From: Mayamaea pseudoterrestris
Taxonomy: Eukaryota
Reading direction: 5' to 3'
Assembly (NCBI GenBank): GCA_027923505.1
Contig: BROI01000004.1
Location: 310,001 to 374,000 of the forward strand
Length of the DNA: 64,000 bases
In this document: positions 1 through 12,030 of the stretch, piece after piece
Layout: every line of letters starts with the position of its first letter
How positions within the stretch are numbered: the first letter of the stretch is position 1
Notes under the pieces: model-generated
What the model was told of the DNA's origin: nothing
The model's input: the letters and a program-made list of their open reading frames with translations, nothing else
Database searches by the model: none
Translations under genes and position numbers: made by a program

Positions 1-1662
1 CGGCCTCATTCCTCCTGATGATATCACATTTGACTACTTGAAAGGTCGTCCCATGTCGCCGTCCAACGAAGAATGGGACGCGGCTGTGAAATACTGGAGA
101 TCGCTCCGGTCTGACGAGGGTGCATTCTACGACGAGACGGTATTGATTGATGCGGACGATATCGCGCCAACAATTACCTGGGGCACAAGCCCGCAGGACG
201 TTGCTCCCATCACGGGAACTGTGCCATTAATCGCTTCCGTCGACAATCCAGCGCGACAGGTACGTTTACATGATCGATGATATGGACTGGGTTGTTCTGC
301 CAATTCGCAACTGACATTTTATTTACCCACTTGCTTTTTCAGGCCGCCATGAAACGATCACTTGAATACATTGGACTCGAGGAAGGGCAGAAACTGGAAG
401 GAGAGCCTATTGAAAAGGTTTTTATTGGATCATGCACGAACGGCCGTATTGAGGATCTTCGCGAGGTTGCTGCGATTGCCATGGGCCGCAAGGTTGCAAA
501 GGGAGTACATGCCATGGTTGTTCCTGGATCTGGCCTTGTGAAGAAGCAAGCCGAAGACGAGGGTCTTGACAAGATTCTAATGGAGGCTGGATTCGATTGG
601 CGCGAGCCTGGATGCTCCATGTGCTTGGCCATGAACCCCGACAAGCTCAAACCACAGGAGCGATGTGCATCCACATCGAACCGCAACTTTGAGGGCCGAC
701 AGGGTAATGGCGGACGAACACATCTCATGTCTCCCGCCATGGCGGCCGCTGCAGCGTGCAGTGGAACTCTGGCAGATGTCCGCAAGTTTCCGTATTTGGG
801 TGATCCATCCGCCGATCCTCGTGTAGTGGGCATCGAGCAGAGTCGGGCATTTACTACGGAATCGTACAAGAATCCGGGGCCAATCATCTCACCCATCCCT
901 CCGTATTTGGAGAAGAGCGGAGCTTCTACAGGCGGAGCGGCTGGACTTCCCAAATTCACGTCGCTCACTGGCGTTGCTGCGCCGCTGGACATTCAGAATA
1001 TTGACACTGACATGATTATTCCCAAGGAATTTTTGAAAACGATTCAACGCGCTGGACTAGGTTTTGCTGCCTTTGCTGAGCTTAGGTATGAAAACCCTGA
1101 AGAAGTTGCAACGATCGGCGAGGAGGTTGCCAGACCCCGAAGCGATTTCGTTTTGAACAAGGACGGTTACCGAGGCAAAACTCAGATTCTTGTTGCTGGG
1201 GACAATTTCGGCTGTGGGTCTAGTCGCGAGCATGCTCCCTGGTCCATTAACGATATGGGTATCAAGTGCATCATTAGCACATCGTTCGCCGATATATTTT
1301 ACAACAATTGCTTCAACAACGGCATGCTGCCCGTGACCCTGCCGCGCGAACAAGTAGAAGTCTTGCTCGCAGACGCAGCGTCTCCAGGAACGGAAATTAC
1401 GGTCGACTTGATTAACCAAAAGGTTGTTCGACCAAATGGCGAAGAATTTTCATTTGAGATTGATGCATTCCGCAAGGACTGCCTCGCGAACGGACTCGAC
1501 AAGATTGGCTTGACACTTGCCAAGGCGGACAAGATCTCCGTGTTCGAAAAGACGAGAACGGAGAAGTACCCCTGGCTGGATGGCGCTACATACAAGGTTC
1601 CTGACGTTGTCCCAATGTATCCGGATGCAGGTTACTGGGCCAAGGAGGCTGTCACTGCCTAA
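1..1662 (+). CDS. LEU1: 3-isopropylmalate dehydratase, fused LeuC+LeuD (5' end outside window); intron 260-342
   Basis: Large-subunit motifs [18 protein letters not shown] and [12 protein letters not shown]; small-subunit motifs [10 protein letters not shown] and [18 protein letters not shown] intron at 260-342 joins NPARQ|AAMKRS in frame. The reading frame is open from the window start ([17 protein letters not shown]). Confidence 0.96.
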
Positions 1663-1783
1663 AAAGCAGAAAATGATATCCTGTGCTGCTTGCATTTTTT
1701 GCGTCAATTATGAAAGCTACTCTTGCCACAAACAAAGTAAACCTTAACATGGGTAGCATTAAAGAAACTTTACACGTCACTAC

Positions 1784-3142
1784 TTATATTTTTGCCGCTT
1801 TATCCTTGTGCTCAGCGGCAAGACTCCTCGCTTCAGCCGCTCTCGCATGTCCCTCCAAGCCTTCCAAGCGAGCCATGACGATGCTGTCATCTACCATTGG
1901 CTGACTCGCCAGCTTGTCATCCACCCGCATCCACGTGCGAATTCGTAAAAAGTTAAACACGCTTAATCCTCCCGTGTATCGCCCTGTTCCGCCCGTGGGC
2001 AGCGTGTGATTGGGACCGGCACCATAGTCGCCCAAGACTTCAGCGGCATGCTCACCGACAAACAAGCCACCGTAGTTCTTGCACTTCATGCCAACATCCA
2101 TGGCATCCTTTGTTTGAATCTCCAAGTGCTCCGGCGCAATGTCGTCGGAGAGTTGGATACACTGGTCAATGCTTTCGCAGTGAACGGCAAAGCTTTGCTT
2201 CAAGGCTTCTCCCGCCGTCGACTTGTTTGGCTCGGGCAAGGCCTCGACCTGACGCGCAACACTTTCATCGATTTGATCAATCAAATCCGCACTTGTGCAT
2301 AACAAAATGGCTCTCGCCACAACATCATGTTCGGCCTGCGCAATCAAGTCGGCAGCGACAACGTCCGCATTGGCAGTCTCGTCGCAAATGACCAAAACTT
2401 CCGACGGTCCCGCCAGCATGTCAATACCACAATGTCCATTCACCAAACTCTTGGCAGCCGTGACCCACTGGTTACCTGGTCCGCAGATGACGTCGCATCT
2501 GCCTAACACTTCCTTCTTGTCGCTGTCGACAATTCCATACGCCATGCTGCAAATGGCCTGCGCGCCACCGACGCACAAGAAGGCATCAACGCCCGAAATA
2601 TGCGCGGCTGCCAGTGTAATGGTAGCCGGCTTGGGGCTTGCCAAAACGACGCGATCGCATCCCGCAGCCCGAGCCGTAACAGCCGTCATAATGACGCTGC
2701 TTGGCAATGGGTAGCGTCCACCTGGCGCGTAGCAACCAGCAGCGCGGCAGGCGGAAACGGTATGACCAGCCTGACCGCCTGGAATGTCCATCGTCATGTC
2801 TTTGATACTCGCCCGTTGCTGCTCGGCGAAGCGTTTGACGCGATCATGAATGTTTGTCAGGGCGGTGCGTTGATGTTCTTCGAGAGAGTCAAAGGCCTTT
2901 TTGCAATCCTCGGCGCTCACCAAGAATGTGTTAGCGTCTCCGGAGACATCTCCAAATTTTTGTGCGACTTGCAGTAGCTTGGTACCATCCACTGCGCCAG
3001 CATCGTTTCGAAGGTCGGCAAAGATTGCCTTGGCTTGACCAAGCGCCGTCGGATCGACGGGGTCCTTGATTTCAAGCTGCACTTCTGCCGCTGAAATGTG
3101 GTTCAAAATGTTTTTCTTTGCGCTGCTGCTACCGTTTGACAT
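1784..3142 (-). CDS. hisD: Histidinol dehydrogenase (monofunctional)
   Basis: Motifs YAPGGRYPLPSS, GGAQAI, GPGNQWVTAAK, IDMLAGPSE, QAEHD, APEHLE and GDYGAGPNHTLPT. Start placed at ATG 3142 (MSNGSS); the ORF track extends to 3277. Confidence 0.95.
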   Translation of the reverse strand: MSNGSSSAKKNILNHISAAEVQLEIKDPVDPTALGQAKAIFADLRNDAGAVDGTKLLQVAQKFGDVSGDANTFLVSAEDCKKAFDSLEEHQRTALTNIHDRVKRFAEQQRASIKDMTMDIPGGQAGHTVSACRAAGCYAPGGRYPLPSSVIMTAVTARAAGCDRVVLASPKPATITLAAAHISGVDAFLCVGGAQAICSMAYGIVDSDKKEVLGRCDVICGPGNQWVTAAKSLVNGHCGIDMLAGPSEVLVICDETANADVVAADLIAQAEHDVVARAILLCTSADLIDQIDESVARQVEALPEPNKSTAGEALKQSFAVHCESIDQCIQLSDDIAPEHLEIQTKDAMDVGMKCKNYGGLFVGEHAAEVLGDYGAGPNHTLPTGGTGRYTGGLSVFNFLRIRTWMRVDDKLASQPMVDDSIVMARLEGLEGHARAAEARSLAAEHKDKAAKI

Positions 3143-3516
3143 GATAAAGGATTGTACAAATGTTGCTGCAAAAGATATATAAAAGAGGAGACGAACTAGC
3201 AAGGTGATCATGCAAAGAATGAGGCGCACGTTTCGACGAGAGCGAAGACGAATGACGAGGCAGTATTGGTGCGACATTTTAAGCTTTCGTGGTGCTCGAA
3301 CCCCAACCGACGACGCGCGGACGTTGCGTGGCTACAAAGCTACTTGTTTTGCTTGCTACCGGTAGCTATGCGCTGGCCTTGTTTGTGAATCATTTTGATC
3401 TAGGAGTAGACACTATCAAGTATGTTGAGTTTTATAGTCTTTAACGATACGATAACAGAAAGTAAGCCGCTATAAAAAAAGCAGCCGACAACGATGGACG
3501 CAATCGACCCAGCCGC

Positions 3517-5277
3517 TTACGCAGATCCATCCGCCTTGTTCATGTTCTCCGCAGCCTCGCGACGACGAGCATAAAACTCGTCCAAAGTCTTCTTGGGAAT
3601 CTTCTTGAGCAGCTCCTTGGGGAAGGCGCGCAAAATGCTCCACGCCAAGTCCAAAGACTCGAAAATACTGCGCGCCTCATATGGACCTTGGGCAACAAAC
3701 TTGCCTTCGAATCGCTCCAAAAAGCTCAAGTACAAGTGATCCTCCATCGACAAGGCTTCCTCTCCAACAACAGCCTTCATGGCAACCACATCCTTACCCA
3801 TGGCGTACGAAGCGTACAACTGATTCGAAACAGCGCCATGGTCAGATCGGGTCATACCTTCACCAATCGCCGACTTCATCAGACGCGACAAGGACGGAAG
3901 CACATTAATTGGCGGGAAGATTCCGCGCGTGTGCAACTGACGGTCCAAGTAGATCTGCCCTTCGGTAATGTAACCGGTCAAGTCAGGAATCGGGTGAGTA
4001 ATGTCGTCGTTTGGCATGGTCAAAATCGGCAACTGCGTAATGGAACCATTGCGGCCAACGACACGACCAGCTCGCTCGTAAATGGTCGAAAGATCCGTGT
4101 ACATGTAACCGGGGTAACCACGACGTCCAGGCACTTCCTCGCGCGCCGCTGAAACCTCACGAAGAGCGTCGGCATACGACGACATGTCCGTAAGAATGAC
4201 CAAGACGTGAAGGTCGCGCTCATAAGCCAAATACTCTGCCGTGGTGAGAGCAAGACGAGGCGTGATAATACGCTCAATCGTTGGGTCATTGGCCAAGTTG
4301 AGAAACAAGGCCGTACGTTCCATGGCGCCACTCTCCTCGAAATCAGAACGGAAGAAGCGGGCAGTCTCCATGTTGACTCCCATGGCTCCAAAAACAATGG
4401 CAAAGTTCTCCTCATGGCTATCTTGCGTGTCCTTAAGCTTGACCAAGGAGGCTTGGCGAGCAATCTGAGCCGCCACTTCATTGTGAGGAAGACCAGCGGC
4501 GGAGAAAATGGGAATCTTTTGTCCTCGCGCAATCGAATTCATGACATCAATGGCTGAAATACCAGTCTGGATCATGGCCTTGGGGTAATCACGCGACGAT
4601 GGGTTGATAGGCTGTCCGTTAATGTCCAAGTAAGCCTCGGGAAGAACCTTGGGAGCTTGATCAATAACCTTTCCTGATCCGTTAAAGGATCGTCCAAGCA
4701 TCTCCTCCGAGACTCCCATCTTGAGAACATCACCAGTAAACTCGCACTTGGTCTTGCGATTGTCGATACCGGCAGTTCCTTCAAAGACTTGCACAACGGC
4801 GCGGCTTCCCGCAACTTCAAGCACTTGACCTGATCGCGTGGTTCCATCTCCAAGAGTCAAATTGACAATCTCAGCGTACTTGGGGAGCTTGACATTATCC
4901 AAAATAACAAGAGGACCATTGACTCCGGCAATAGTACTGTAATGATAATTCGAAGGGTTTGAAATAGCATGTGTTAGATTGAATTTGAAATAGCGACAGC
5001 GTGGAAAATTAAACCCTCACGAGGAGCAAAAAGTTTGGAATCGATCAAGGAAGACTCAGCCAGCGACAAGGCCACTTAAGCAGCCCTTTCTTTCACGCAA
5101 TATTCCACAATGATTGCGCATATCGAATGAACAATTGATGCAGCATTGAGCGCACGGAATTAGAGAGAAAACTCACCGATACTCGAGGCGAGGAACCACC
5201 GCATAATCCTTCACAAGCGACCTTTGGTCCAAAACCTTTCGCTCCGGAATGAATCGTTCATCTTCATGTGCAGTCAT
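3517..5277 (-). CDS. VMA2: V-type H+-ATPase subunit B; exons 5277-5177 and 4936-3517
   Basis: Motifs [25 protein letters not shown] and [15 protein letters not shown] phase-2 GT..AG intron at 4937-5176 restores the conserved [16 protein letters not shown]. Confidence 0.97.
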
Positions 5278-5696
5278 GATGCAAACAGTTTAATAGTAAA
5301 TAACAGTAGAGGAAGCGAGTAGATAGCAGTGCTGACAAAGACTCCTTGCTGCGATGCGTCCAACGACTCTTTTGGCAGCATCGCTCGGTGGCGAGCATCC
5401 GGTCGCCTGCCCGCTCTTCGGCGATCAGCGAAGGAATCCTAGGGTTAAGGTTCAGATGAGGGGCCATAGTAATCTCAAACCGGATCCATTTGCCGTTGAC
5501 TAATCGTGTGAGTCGCTTACATGCGGAACGCCACGCGCGCTCAGCGGCCAACGACTGATCGCCGTGCTATTTAATTTTGGAGTCGCACGCCGCCACAAAA
5601 TCCACCCTCCCACGGAACAAATTGCGACGCGCCCCACATTTGGACACAATCATTAGCTCCACTTCCATCAACGCATCTTCCATCATAAACAGCATT

Positions 5697-6281
5697 ATGA
5701 ACATGATTCAACAGGAGAACATTGACATCTTGGGAACGTTTTCCTCGCAACGACTCGATCTTGACGCGTCCCTATCGGATGGCGCCTTGTCAGAGTCGAT
5801 TGTGACATCTACCATCTTTCGAAGCAGTCTTGGAGACGAGCAGCCACACCATGGATCCATTCGCTTGGCCAATCCAATTAAGGAGCGCTTCAACAGCTTT
5901 GACGAGTCGCAAGAGCTTCTCTGTCTGCGAGATTCGACGGCTCAACATGTTTCCGTTTCGTCCAACCACGACTCGCTTTTATCATCAACACCCATGATGC
6001 TCAAGCCACTAGGATGCAGTTCAAACTATGCGACTATCACGAGGACACCACCAACGGCAACTCACTCGCTTGTATCAGCCGCTCCGCATATTGACTTTGC
6101 CCGATACTTTCAAGACTTTTCGTCCGTGGCCATTGCCAATGGCGAAGCAGATCAACTTGCTGGCGTCGCAGAGGACGACGACTTTTCCTTTTCGGCCAAC
6201 TCCATTCTGACGAGCGATGAAGAAGGCAGTGTATTTGGATTGTATCAAGGCTCCTTTTCATGGAACTCACAGGATGAGTAA
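5697..6281 (+). CDS. Hypothetical Ser-rich low-complexity protein
   Basis: Open frame 5577-6281, first ATG at 5697, followed by AT-rich 3' sequence. No recognisable domain. Confidence 0.5.
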   Translation: MNMIQQENIDILGTFSSQRLDLDASLSDGALSESIVTSTIFRSSLGDEQPHHGSIRLANPIKERFNSFDESQELLCLRDSTAQHVSVSSNHDSLLSSTPMMLKPLGCSSNYATITRTPPTATHSLVSAAPHIDFARYFQDFSSVAIANGEADQLAGVAEDDDFSFSANSILTSDEEGSVFGLYQGSFSWNSQDE

Positions 6282-7070
6282 TGAATGGGCGATTTTCAGT
6301 ATCCATACACTCGACAACCCTCCTCCATCTGTACTTGAGATTGCTTGAAAGCGTCTATAATAATATATGTAAAATTTAACGTAGCAGTATATCATCAGTT
6401 CACTGTAGTATACATTCTGTCTGCCGGTTCCTAATGATAGCTAGTCTCATTGAAGCGATACATGCAATCGCAGCTAACCTGTTGCCAAATATTCCAATTT
6501 TCCCAGCTCTATCAATGTATATTGGCGGGTTTGATTGTATTGCAGCACTTTAAGCTTACAGTCAATTGCAGACCCGCACATTGGCAACACGGATGAAGCT
6601 GCTACACGGCTAGAACTGGAAAAAGATACTTGGGTCGTCCTCTTTCCCGAGTCTAATCACTCCACCTTACGCTGGCGTACCTGCCTGCTTGCTACGAGTG
6701 GCTCAAATGTTGCATTGCGCTGGCGAAGTAAATGATGTAGAACTACAGAACAAGTAATGACTTTCAAGGATGAATGGATAGCGACAAGCAAAGCTACGCT
6801 AGCAGAGCCTAGGTCGCGAAGTTAAGCAGTCAAATTCGCTCTTTCAATATATGTTCCGTCACTTTGAGTATTAGGTTGTGCGTCTTCTATTTTGCAGGTT
6901 AGTGGGAGTGAGTGAAAATGTTTCCTCGCGGCTCATCATGGTCGCAGCGATCCGATTCGTCCCGCAGCCGAAAATAAAAAGCTAAACTTTTCGCAAACAT
7001 ATCCGTTGAAGGATTCAAAAATCTCGAGCAGCCGAAACGTCCCAACACAAAAACGCCGATCGTTTCGACC

Positions 7071-8202
7071 ATGACGAATCATTCCACCAACGCGTCTTCT
7101 GGCGGCCTTTCGCCTCGCTTTACAACATGGGTCGCCTTTTTCATCTTCTCCATCATTGTTCTTGGATCTAGTATTGAAATTGTGAGTGCAAGAACGGCTG
7201 GCTGTGCTAGGTGAATGGTATTGAACGACGGATCATGCAACGATTGAGCTGCTTCCGAACATTGCAATTAATTTGTCGATCAATCTTATTAACATTGTTC
7301 TACTATTACTTCACTTGACACAGAAAAAGTCTCAATCTGATCCAACTCCAGCCGCAAAATGGTCCGTGACCTGCAGCATTCTCACCGTTTGCATGTCGAC
7401 GCTAGTCTTGGCGTCGCACTTTGTCGCCATGCTTTCCAGCGTTTTGGTTGGCACCAAGGTGGAAGGCGTAGTGATTGGGATTCTGGTAGTTCTGTGGGCG
7501 TCGATTGTTTCCATTGTCACGGACACGAACAATCACTTGGCTGTCATTTCCATTGACACTACGAATGGACAAACTGATCCAACGGCAGCTGTTTCCTTGA
7601 ATGGCAACTTGTACTACTTTTCTTGGGCTGGTTTTGTCACGAGCATCTTGCTGATTGTCTCCTACTTGCGGGAAGCCTTTGGAGTGGACGTCGTTGGAAG
7701 TGTACGCAATCGCGCTGCTCGACTGGAAGTCTGGGCGGGTCTTTTGGCAAGCGCCATGGTGGTGATGGGATCCAGTGTCAGAGTCTACAAGGATCAACTT
7801 TGCGGATCCGACGAGACTCTTTTTTGCGAGCGAACCACTTTCGCCGTGGCGGTTGGATCGCTCGGAGTCATATTGTCGTTGGGGACGGTCGGCATGAAGC
7901 TGCTGACGACGACGGCCCCGTTTGCCATTGAGTTTGGCATTTCTACCTTTTTGTGTATTCTCAACACGTTCGGAGTCTCCTACATTACATCTCCAACTGG
8001 TCCAGGCTCAAACATTGGCAATCTATACTATTTTAGCTGGATCTCGTTCATGTGCGGCGCCATGCTCATGGCTGACTGTTTCAACCAGTACTCGGAGGGA
8101 TCTGCGCTGCGGGCTGTCCAAGAGTCGGAGCGAAACGACGACCTGAATTTAAAGGGTGACATTCCAATCGAAGAGACTGATACCTATGACGAAGAGGCGT
8201 AG
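7071..8202 (+). CDS. Multi-pass (~8 TM) membrane protein with internal duplication; exons 7071-7181 and 7324-8202
   Basis: ATG 7071, GTGAGT donor at 7182, CAG acceptor ending 7323, phase 0. Many hydrophobic segments. Motif GNLYYFSW occurs twice. Confidence 0.8.
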
Positions 8203-8340
8203 ACGTTGACTGGTAAGAGTCTAATCTCCTTGTACAACCCAGCACGATAAACAAAGTAGCAAACGCTTGTTCTTGTCCTACGACTCGGTCGAAGAAGTAT
8301 GGACGCATGTAGAATGTAGCCTGCCCCTATTCTCTATAGT

Positions 8341-9426
8341 TTACAGTAATTTATTCTTGTCCGACTTTGTCGAAGATGCATTAATGTATACACTCAACAC
8401 GTAGGTCCAAACACTCGTCACAACCAGCACCAAAATGCTGGTGTAAAACTCCGAGCTTGGCGCTTCATCTCGTCGCGACGGCATGTGTGAAAACGTGAAA
8501 TTGTCGCGTATGTATTCCTCAATGCGATTGTTGAAATCCTTATAGTCACAATATGCCGTCAAGGCCGACCCAATGGCCATGGCGGTCAAACCAATCGGAT
8601 AGTTACTGGCGAGTGACTGAATGTACTTTTCGGGCCACCCAAAGACGAGAAGACTTAGCATCAAATGTCCAATGGGAATGTACAAAAAGTAGACAATGCT
8701 GTAAATGGTTGATGGCGTGAATTGTTGTTCAAAATAGAAGACCGCAAGGTTATATACAATCATGAAGAAAATATTGGAAAGGAAACCGACAAAGCCGAAT
8801 CGAAACTGAAGGGGAATCTTTCGTAGGATTCTGAGAAAAAAGGAGGTTTGTGAGCGCAGCGTCATGACTCCCGACTGTAGAATGTGACCGTCGTACATGT
8901 CAAAACGATAATCATATCAACTTCCTTCTTGTACTTACGGATGCAGTAGAAAAACATCCATCGTTTGACCTTGCAGCAGCTGCTGCTGACTTGCCGGCAA
9001 ACTCGTGCTGCTGCTGTTTGCCGGAGGTGCCAGAGATGGCTTGCCGCCGCTGCCGTGATGATTGTTGACTTGCTGATGAAATAAACCGGCCAACGAGACG
9101 GGTGCTGCTGCATGAACATGTAGATTGCTGCTCGACAAGCCCGAATTGTTCAAACTGAGGATACTATTGCTACATGTTCCTAGCGGCTCATTGTGATCCG
9201 AGCTGCTGGAATGGTCCTGCTGCTCCAGAGGCGCATGCCGTCGTTGATGAAGGGCCGTGTCATCCCGAGAGGATGTTTGCCTTGGAACGCCTCGATGTGG
9301 CGGACTCGCGATTTCGACATCGTCGTGGAGGGAAAGATGCTGGCTTTGTTGGCTCTTTGGTGATGGCTTTGGGGGAGATCGAAAATAGTACATGATGGAA
9401 GTTAGCGGTGCCTTGAGGGTCGCCAT
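8341..9426 (-). CDS. GtrA-like membrane protein with low-complexity N-terminus; intron 8831-8938
   Basis: GTAAGT donor at 8938 and TTTTTCTCAG acceptor at 8831 join FLLHP|ILRKIP in frame. QFRFGFVGFLSN followed by about 4 hydrophobic helices resembles GtrA family N-termini. Confidence 0.6.
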
Positions 9427-9665
9427 GGTGACCCTTGTGGAAGCTCGATCGTTCTTCGATCAACGTCAACGTGGAATGTGAGTCATGGTGCGACTCAAAA
9501 GCAAGCGTGAACCACAATGAGTCACGAATCGAGTTCCGGGTATTTACCGCGTGCCGCTTTACTAAACCGCGCCTCGTCCGCAGGTCGCTCACCAGCAGCA
9601 TCACTCGGTTATCGTTGCTTGTACGGTCGACTGATTAACCTAACCAGCGGTTCTTTTACTTCATC

Positions 9666-10636
9666 ATGGCTGTCGTAAGTATACAAGAGTGTCGGACGAA
9701 TTTTAAGCAGGCGATTGTAAAGATGAGATGGTGGCATTGATGAAATGATCAATGTCGTCATGCCTCTGTCTTCTTTCAGAGTAGCCTCGCATCCGATGGT
9801 TTATTGCTGGCTAAGTAATATTCATTTTCTTACGCTTCAATTTTGCCGTCTTGTAACAACAGGGAAAGAATAAACGACTTACAAAGAGCAAGAAGGGAGG
9901 CCGCAAAAAGGCGACTGACCCTTTCTTGAAGAAGGAATGGTACAAGCTTGTCGCTCCTTCCATTTTCGCCGTCAAGGATGCCGGCCGCACCCTCATCACC
10001 AAGACGCAGGGAACCAAAATTGCTTCGGATGGCCTCAAGGGACGCGTCTTTGAGATGAACCTTGCTGACTTGAACAAGAACGAGGCGCTCGCCTTCCGAA
10101 AGATCCGACTCTGCATTGAGGATGTTCAGGGTTACAATTGTCTCATGAACTTTCATGGCATGGACATGACTCGCGATAAGCTTTGCAGTTTGATCCGAAA
10201 GAAGCAGTCCATCATTGAAGGAAGCGTTGACTGCAGAACGACGGATGGCTACACTGTTCGCATGTTTTGCATTGCCTTTACGCGACCACAGGAGAACCAA
10301 ATCAAGAGCACTTGCTATGCACAGTCAGCGCAGATCAAGGCCATTCGCGCAAAGATGGTTGCCGTCATGACCGAGGTTGGAACCAAGGGCGACCTCAAGT
10401 CTCTTGTCAAGGAGCTTATCTCGGCGCCCATTGGTGACCAAATTGCACGTGAAGCAACTTGCATCTTCCCTATTAAGGACTGCTACATCCGCAAGGTTAA
10501 GGTCCTCAAGAAGCCCAAGTTTGATGTTACGGAGCTGATGGAATGGCACAGTGCTGATGAAAAGACAGCTGATACTGGCAAGCCAGTGGAGGCGGCCAAG
10601 GAGGAAGGCCTTGCTGGAAGTGGTGGTCGCTTGTAA
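9666..10636 (+). CDS. RPS3A: 40S ribosomal protein eS1 (S3a); exons 9666-9674 and 9863-10636
   Basis: Spliced N-terminus MAV|GKNKRL..KKG..KK..DPF.KKEWY; motifs KTQGTKIASDGLKGRVFE, FHGMDMTRDKL and RKVKVLKKPKFD. Confidence 0.98.
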
Positions 10637-10810
10637 AGTGCATTAATTGTAGACAGCCTAAACTTAAATAGCACTTGCAAAACTAGACAAGTACTTGCTG
10701 TTGTTCGTTGTATGTAGCTTGTCGCTTGAGAAAGCGTCGCTTATAATATTATATTAGCATCTAACGTACGATGGTAGCGGTTGTGAACATCCAAGTAACG
10801 AAGACGTAGA

Positions 10811-11788
10811 TTACCGATTATTTCTGGTACGCGACTTGGTTTTGGGCTTGACTACGACTGGTCTATGGCGAGGCTGCGTCCATCGTTGCTTTTGAAGCTC
10901 CTTCATGGTTTCGTCCCAGTCTCTTGACAAGTATACATTGTAATCGTCAGGAACAGGATTCTCGGCAATGTACGCTTCCACTGCTTCCTCGTCCTGCGCA
11001 TCAACTCGTCGCAAAGTGTCCGATCCAAACCAGAGAGCCTCCAGGTTGACTGCCTTGCGCGTCTTGGAATTCTGCAAATGGACGACATAGTTGCCGGCAT
11101 CCACAACGAGCCACGTTTCATTGGGATCGTTTGCTCCTTCCACGCCAAATTCGGCTCCAACGACTCCCATGAGATGCAAGTCACGGTTCCGTAAATGCCG
11201 CACCAACGTTTCGGCCATGGAGCGAAGTGTGTGGTTCGTATTTGCCGTGACTAGCATGTAACCAGCGGATCCTGGCTCCGATGCTTGGGCAACAACAATG
11301 TCGCGGCCACCAAGCGACTCCAAGGACGTCTTTATTTCCAAGCTCGACATGAACATGCCCTTTTTGACATCAATATCACTCGAATCATTAATTCCAGATG
11401 TTAGTTTGGAACGTCTCGTGGCCAGCCAATCGACTGATTGGGTTGCCGTCGTGCTGGAAAACGGCGTATGCTCCACTTGGTTGAGTCGCTCCAACTCCCG
11501 CTCAATTCGCTGGAGCTCGAGCTCCTCACTCTCCGGCTCAATCGATGCATCTTCATTTGTGCTAGTGTATAAATGTGACTGACCCAAGTCTCCAACGAGG
11601 GGTCGATTCGGAGCAATCCAATCCGATGTAGGTGCAGCGACATGCTCAACGTCAATCTTTGCCGTTTCTTCCTTCTCGTCAGGCGGTCCAGTGGAACTAA
11701 AGCATCGCGTCAAGTGACAGCATTGCGTCTTCAATGTCGTTTGCCCACGGGGACGACTCAGTGAACGAACGAATATGATTGATCTCAT
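10811..11788 (-). CDS. Ribosome silencing factor RsfS/Iojap (MALSU1-like), probably mitochondrial
   Basis: WLVVDAGNYVVHLQ...R...NLEALW matches the RsfS C-terminal signature. The Arg/Ser-rich N-terminus from ATG 11788 looks like a mitochondrial presequence. Confidence 0.8.
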   Translation of the reverse strand: MRSIIFVRSLSRPRGQTTLKTQCCHLTRCFSSTGPPDEKEETAKIDVEHVAAPTSDWIAPNRPLVGDLGQSHLYTSTNEDASIEPESEELELQRIERELERLNQVEHTPFSSTTATQSVDWLATRRSKLTSGINDSSDIDVKKGMFMSSLEIKTSLESLGGRDIVVAQASEPGSAGYMLVTANTNHTLRSMAETLVRHLRNRDLHLMGVVGAEFGVEGANDPNETWLVVDAGNYVVHLQNSKTRKAVNLEALWFGSDTLRRVDAQDEEAVEAYIAENPVPDDYNVYLSRDWDETMKELQKQRWTQPRHRPVVVKPKTKSRTRNNR

Positions 11789-12030
11789 GGTGGCGACGAA
11801 GAAAAATGAAGCGTGCGTCGTCGCGCCAGACGCATTCGGTACCGGTACGACTAGCGTTTTTGAGTGACGTAGCGACACGGCGTGACATCCACATCCGAAC
11901 GAAGGTTTGTGGATCTGCTTTCTCATCCGACCGATCATCAATCAATTTGATCAACCTGTAAACGCATGTAACTCCATTTAGCCACTCCTCTGTTTTATAG
12001 TTCAGCCTTGAAAGCGTTGTGATTCCGAAG

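Noticed and set aside
1..3142. LEU1-hisD adjacency as a biosynthetic cluster; LeuC-LeuD fusion as a novelty
   Set aside because: The genes belong to different pathways and are convergent in a compact genome. Fused LEU1 is already well known in eukaryotes.
5436..5456. Telomere-like/telo-box motif TAGGGTTAAGGTT
   Set aside because: A single imperfect copy; insufficient evidence.
9737..9800. C/D box snoRNA in the RPS3A intron (TGATGA)
   Set aside because: No downstream CTGA D box, and the TGATGA lies within the hairpin.
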